DNA of 64,000 nt from Mustelus asterias (lineage: Eukaryota). Made by a program: the position numbers and the translations under genes. This document shows, in pieces, positions 60,001 to 64,000 of this stretch. Numbering within the stretch: position 1 is the stretch's first letter; every line of letters begins with the position of its first letter. The notes below the pieces were generated by a model, which was given only the letters and a program-made list of their open reading frames with translations, was not told the DNA's origin and did not search any database. Where the stretch lies: positions 38,440,001 to 38,504,000 of the forward strand of contig NC_135809.1 of assembly GCF_964213995.1 (NCBI RefSeq), given 5' to 3'.

Positions 60001-63000
60001 CCACCACCAGCTCTGGAAAAGGAGGGAGTAGATAGGCATATGTTAGAAAATGTATATTGCCATGGATTGAAACCTAATTAATTAACATTCTGAGGAAGGG
60101 CAATAAACCCAGGTAAAATTTCCAAGGAATGCTCAAATTTCACCGAACCTCAATTAGTCACTATAAAGGTGGAGAATCCTTTGGCAGATAATCGAGGCTG
60201 CAGAGCAGTGAAAAAGATTATACCAACCAAACATTCAGGGTACAATAATGTCTCTAAGACAACTTTCTTTTCAAATATTTTATTTTAAGCTGACAAAAGA
60301 TTTGAAAAGCAACAACAGACAAGAAAGGCTACAAGGGCCTTTCTGCTCACCTGAACAGGCTGATCAATACACGTTTCACTGCTTCCTGCAGTATTGTCTG
60401 CCACCACCCACAGAAATTCAAAGGAGTAAGGTGAGTTCAAACAATCAAGAGTTGAACTGTAGGGGATATTCCAGGACGTCAGTTTATTATTGCAACCCAT
60501 ACAATTTCAGGGCGGCATGTTGGCACAGTGGTTAGCACTGCTCCCTCACAGCACCACTACGCTACTATCTCCCATTTGAGATAAGTCAGAAAGAATTCTT
60601 AAATTTTCTTTAATAGGCCATTCAAACAAGTTATTCAATATTCATAGGTGTCCAAGAAAATAAATAAAATACTGGTTTGATCTAAGTTGTACTTAATCTT
60701 GCATGTGAAATTCTATTCAGTTCTGGTCTTCATATCAAAGGAAAATTGTATAATTATTGAAGGGAATCTAGACGAAGATCTACATTATTGATTTCTGATC
60801 TACGAGGAAAGCAGATCAATCCTGTGGCATTATTTTCTGCAGAACAGTGAGGGAGTGGGTGGTGGAAGCGGGAAATTGGGAACAGTCTGTGATTTTCAAA
60901 AGAGACCGCATGATTTTCTCAGATGTGAAGATTTTATACTCAGGGAAGTTCTTAACATCTGGTACAGAATCCGATGACAAGGTGGACAAGAGTTTAATGC
61001 CAAAGAAGTGCAGTTTAATAGGGTGACCAATTTGTGGAATGAACAGTTAGGACAATGACACAAATGTACAAGGAGTTTATTTTTAAAGGACCTGGATTCA
61101 TTCATTAATAAAGCGGGTCCAAGGCCATCAGTTCTAGAATTAGGAAGGAAAATGATCAATGGTTAGAACGACCAACGGTCTCTTATGCTAAGCAATGCTG
61201 TGCTGTACCACATTCCTTATAACAACAGTGACTACACTTCAACTTCATTAACTGAAAAATGCATAGGAACATCCTGAGGTGGCAAAAGGCACTATGTAAA
61301 TGCAAGTTTTTATTTTGCTAGAAATGTCCTTAAAAAATTATACTTTGCGCATAAAATTTGCAAAAGTACATTTTGTAAATGCCAATTTGAACTGTATGTA
61401 AATTGAAACCTCTCCCCTTAGTCCAGGAACAGGAGATTTATAAGGGATTTGATGAAAATCTTTTTCATCCAGAGGGTGGTGGGAATCTGGAACTCTCTGC
61501 CCTGAAAGGGTGGCCATGATGTGGAGATGCCAGCGTTGGACTGGGGTGGACTCAGTAAGAAGTGAGTCACCTATGAAGGGACAGCGCTCTGAAAGTTTGT
61601 GATTCCAAATAAATCTGTTGGACTTTAACCGGGTGTTGTGAGACTTCTTACTGAAAGGGTAGTGGGGGCAAGAACCCTCAAAACATTTTAAGCAGCATTT
61701 AGACGAGTAGTTGAAACGTCATGGCATACAAGGCTACAGACCAAGTGCTGGAAAATTGGATTAGAATAGATGGTTGGCACAAACATGGACCAAAGGTACT
61801 CTTTTTGTGCTGTAAAGCTCTACAACTCTGAAACACAATTCAATTTTTTTTCAATCCAGTGCATGGAATTGAGGTGCCATTCCACATAATTACAGTCTAT
61901 ATTTACAATATACATTGCACATCATATTCTCTGGTAAATGGAGCCTGGAGAAGTTTTCCACAGGTTTCAGACCCATGGTGTATTATTTTGGGAAGCCTTT
62001 AAGCTGTGGCATTTCCTCAATAGTCTTTGCAGCAACTGCACCAAGCTTTTGTGTATCCTTCAGTACACAGTCCTGGACCTTGAAACATGTCAGACTGCAA
62101 CCCTCAATCATGGACTTTGCAGTGAGAGTATGACACATTTCAGGCAGACCAAAGAGTGTGTCAAGTTGATGCTGTGCATCCCTGGCAATAGAGCATAGAG
62201 CAGTGTCCTGCATTATGGAACAGCCCAGGATGAAACACAACTAAAGCTACTACATCTCTGCATGGGCACATTCCAGAAGGAATTGGGCAACAATCATAGA
62301 ATCATAGAATGCTACAGTGCAGAAAGAGGCCATTCGGCTCATCGAGTCTGCACCGACCACAATCCCACCCAGGCCCTAACCCCATATCCCTACATATTTT
62401 ATCCACTAATCCCTCTAACCTACGCATCTCAGGAAACTAAGGGGCAATTTTATCATGGCCAATCAACCTAACCCGCACATCTTTGGACTGTGGGAGGAAA
62501 CCGGAGCACCCGGAGGAAACCCACGCAGACACGAGGAGAATGTGCAAACTCCACACAGACAGTGACCCGAGCCGGGAATCGAACCCAGGTCCCTGGAGCT
62601 GTGAAGCAGCAGTGCTAACCGCTGTGCTACCGTGCAGCAATCGTCCCCATTGCTGCCACAAGGGCAACATATAGCATCGCTGAGGCTCCAGATGTCATCA
62701 GGATCTGACAGGGGGGGTACTTCTTACCAACAGCCCAAACTACATTTGAGAGTTCTGTCATATCCTTTTAGTCTGTTCACTGAACCATCCAACATGATCT
62801 GGTCAGCACAGTGGCTAGCACGCAGGACCCGGGTTCAATTCCAGCCTTGGGTCACTGCCTGTGTAGAGTTTGCCCATTCTTCACATGTCTGAGTGAGTTT
62901 CCACTGGGTGCTCCGGTTTCCTGCCACAGTTCAAAGACGTGCAGCCGAAAGAGAAAATGCTGGGAAATCTCAGCAGGTCTGGCAAGTAATCTCAGCAGGC

Positions 63001-63678
63001 CTTTGACTAAGGGCCATATGGACTGGAAATATGAGCTATTTTCTCTCCTTACAGATGCTGTCAGACATGCTGAGATTTCCCACATTTTCTCTTTTGGTTT
63101 CAGATTCCAGCATCCACAGTAATTTGCTTTTATCCAAAGATGTGCGGGTTAGGTTGATTGGCCATGCTAAATTGACTCTAGTGTCAGCAGGTTTAGTAGG
63201 GCAGATATGGTGGGGTTACAGGAATAGGATCTGGGTGGGATTGTGGTCAGTGCAGACTCAATGGGCCGAATGGCTTCCTTCTGCACTATAGGGATTCTAT
63301 GATCCACATCTCATTTATCTACAGGGCCCCAAGGGCATTGTGTCTCTTCTGGACTGCTCGTCACAGGAGTTCTGCACAAACTTTTCTACAAGAGACAAAT
63401 GCTCCAACTGAATGAAGGGTTCTGTGAGAATATGGTCCGACCCATCCTGTACAACACATCCCGAGAATCTGGAGTTTATAGCTATAGTAAAGTTGCCGAC
63501 TTTTACCAGGATTCCCAGCTCTCCCTCGCTCCCAGTCACTGGGAACTTGTTTGCACCCACCCGGGTCCAGTTGGAGGGCTGACACTCACCTCCTGACCGG
63601 TACTTTCCCTGCACTGCGGCCCTGCAGTAACCGGGAGCCGCTCCTCAGCACCGCCCGCAGCGCCCTGACCGAGGACAT
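56959..63678 (-). CDS. NDUFB2: NADH:ubiquinone oxidoreductase subunit B2 (AGGG subunit), 102 aa
   Basis: complement(join(56959..57033,59868..60012,63590..63678)) translates to [102 protein letters not shown]. Introns are GT-AG and the N-terminus is an Arg-rich mitochondrial presequence. Confidence 0.96.
57336..57541. mobile_element. Family-B fold-back element
   Basis: Inverted arms (aaaaacagaaaatgctgg...ccaacattttctgttttt) plus an extra palindrome at 57488-57523. TSD TTACTTTATATGGAT (57321-35 / 57542-56). Confidence 0.7.
57582..57903 (-). mobile_element. HE1-like V-SINE
   Basis: Matches the other copies in the window. Confidence 0.85.
59868..60012 (-). CDS. NDUFB2: NDUFB2 exon 2
   Basis: ttttccag|A GCT GGT GGT GGG...GTC TTT|gtgagt, 145 nt. 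Confidence 0.95.
61514..61650. mobile_element. Degraded Penelope mini-insertion within a CR1 3' remnant
   Basis: Inverted tail plus pLTR end. Flanking CTGAAAGGGT(GG/AG) repeat (61502-13 / 61651-62). The hammerhead core is broken. Confidence 0.65.
62294..62636 (-). mobile_element. HE1-like V-SINE (young)
   Basis: Close to the consensus of the copies in this window. Confidence 0.88.
62800..63302 (+). mobile_element. HE1-like V-SINE interrupted by a family-B element (62943-63134)
   Basis: The SINE halves rejoin across TSD CAAAGAYGTGC (62932-42 / 63135-45). Confidence 0.8.
63590..63678 (-). CDS. NDUFB2: NDUFB2 exon 1 coding part (mitochondrial presequence)
   Basis: GCGATGT start and donor GAG|gtgagt, in CpG-rich context. 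Confidence 0.9.
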
Positions 63679-63699
63679 CGCGCCCGCTACCCAACGCCC

Positions 63700-63890
63700 C
63701 CTTCACTACAGTACATCGCAGTAACAACAGCCCCTATTGGAGAACAGCAACCCGCCAGTAACAGCGTCTCTCATTGGGTTATAGTCAGTAACGGGGACCT
63801 CGATTGGACGAGACCTGGCGACCCGCTTCCAGCCCGTCAGAGAAGCCGAGTCACGGGGGGGGCGGGGCTTGCTGATGGGGCGGGGCTTGT
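63700..63890 (-). promoter_or_regulatory. NDUFB2 CpG-island promoter: three CCAAT boxes and GC boxes
   Basis: ATTGG on the plus strand at 63736, 63773 and 63803, and GGGGCGGGG at ~63859 and ~63877. No TATA box seen. Confidence 0.75.
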
Positions 63891-64000
63891 TGCTAGGGGA
63901 TTTGTTGTTGGGGTTTGTTACTAGGATGTTTGTTACTAGGGGGCGTGTTATTATGGGCTTGTTGCTAGGGGTGGGGCTTGTTGCTAGGGGGTTGTTACTA
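63857..64000. repeat. Degenerate G/T-rich tandem repeat (GGGGCTTGTTGCTAG-like), truncated by the window end
   Basis: Directly visible. Confidence 0.8.

Noticed and set aside
4697-63302. tRNA genes suggested by A/B-box-like sequences
   Set aside because: All are SINE heads followed by SINE bodies. None forms a full cloverleaf with a terminator.

Overview
Eukaryotic, vertebrate genomic DNA. The repeat landscape (HE1/V-type SINEs, SacSINE1-like DeuSINEs, CR1, L2, Rex1/Babar, RTE, Penelope-like elements, Harbinger-like TIR elements) points to a shark or other elasmobranch. Three protein-coding genes can be rebuilt by eye. ASCL4 (bHLH) has a single coding exon, 16336-16896 (-). PRDM4 has 10 coding exons, 25820-52273 (+), 778 aa, all GT-AG and phase-consistent. 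NDUFB2 has 3 coding exons plus a probable non-coding 3' exon, 56959-63678 (-), 102 aa, and is absent from the ORF track. The most striking non-genic signal is about 15 Penelope-derived insertions from two families, many built as fold-back palindromes and flanked by 11-15 bp target-site duplications. Most family-A copies carry a minimal hammerhead-ribozyme motif (CUGANGA-stemII-GAAA with palindromic AGCU stem III and a covarying stem I); family B carries decayed versions. Other observations: a triplicated CCAAT-N10-GTTACTG module in the NDUFB2 promoter, an exact 53-bp duplication inside a PRDM4 intron, and a PRDM4-NDUFB2 adjacency that differs from human. Family names and human comparisons are from recall, not database searches, and repeat boundaries are approximate.
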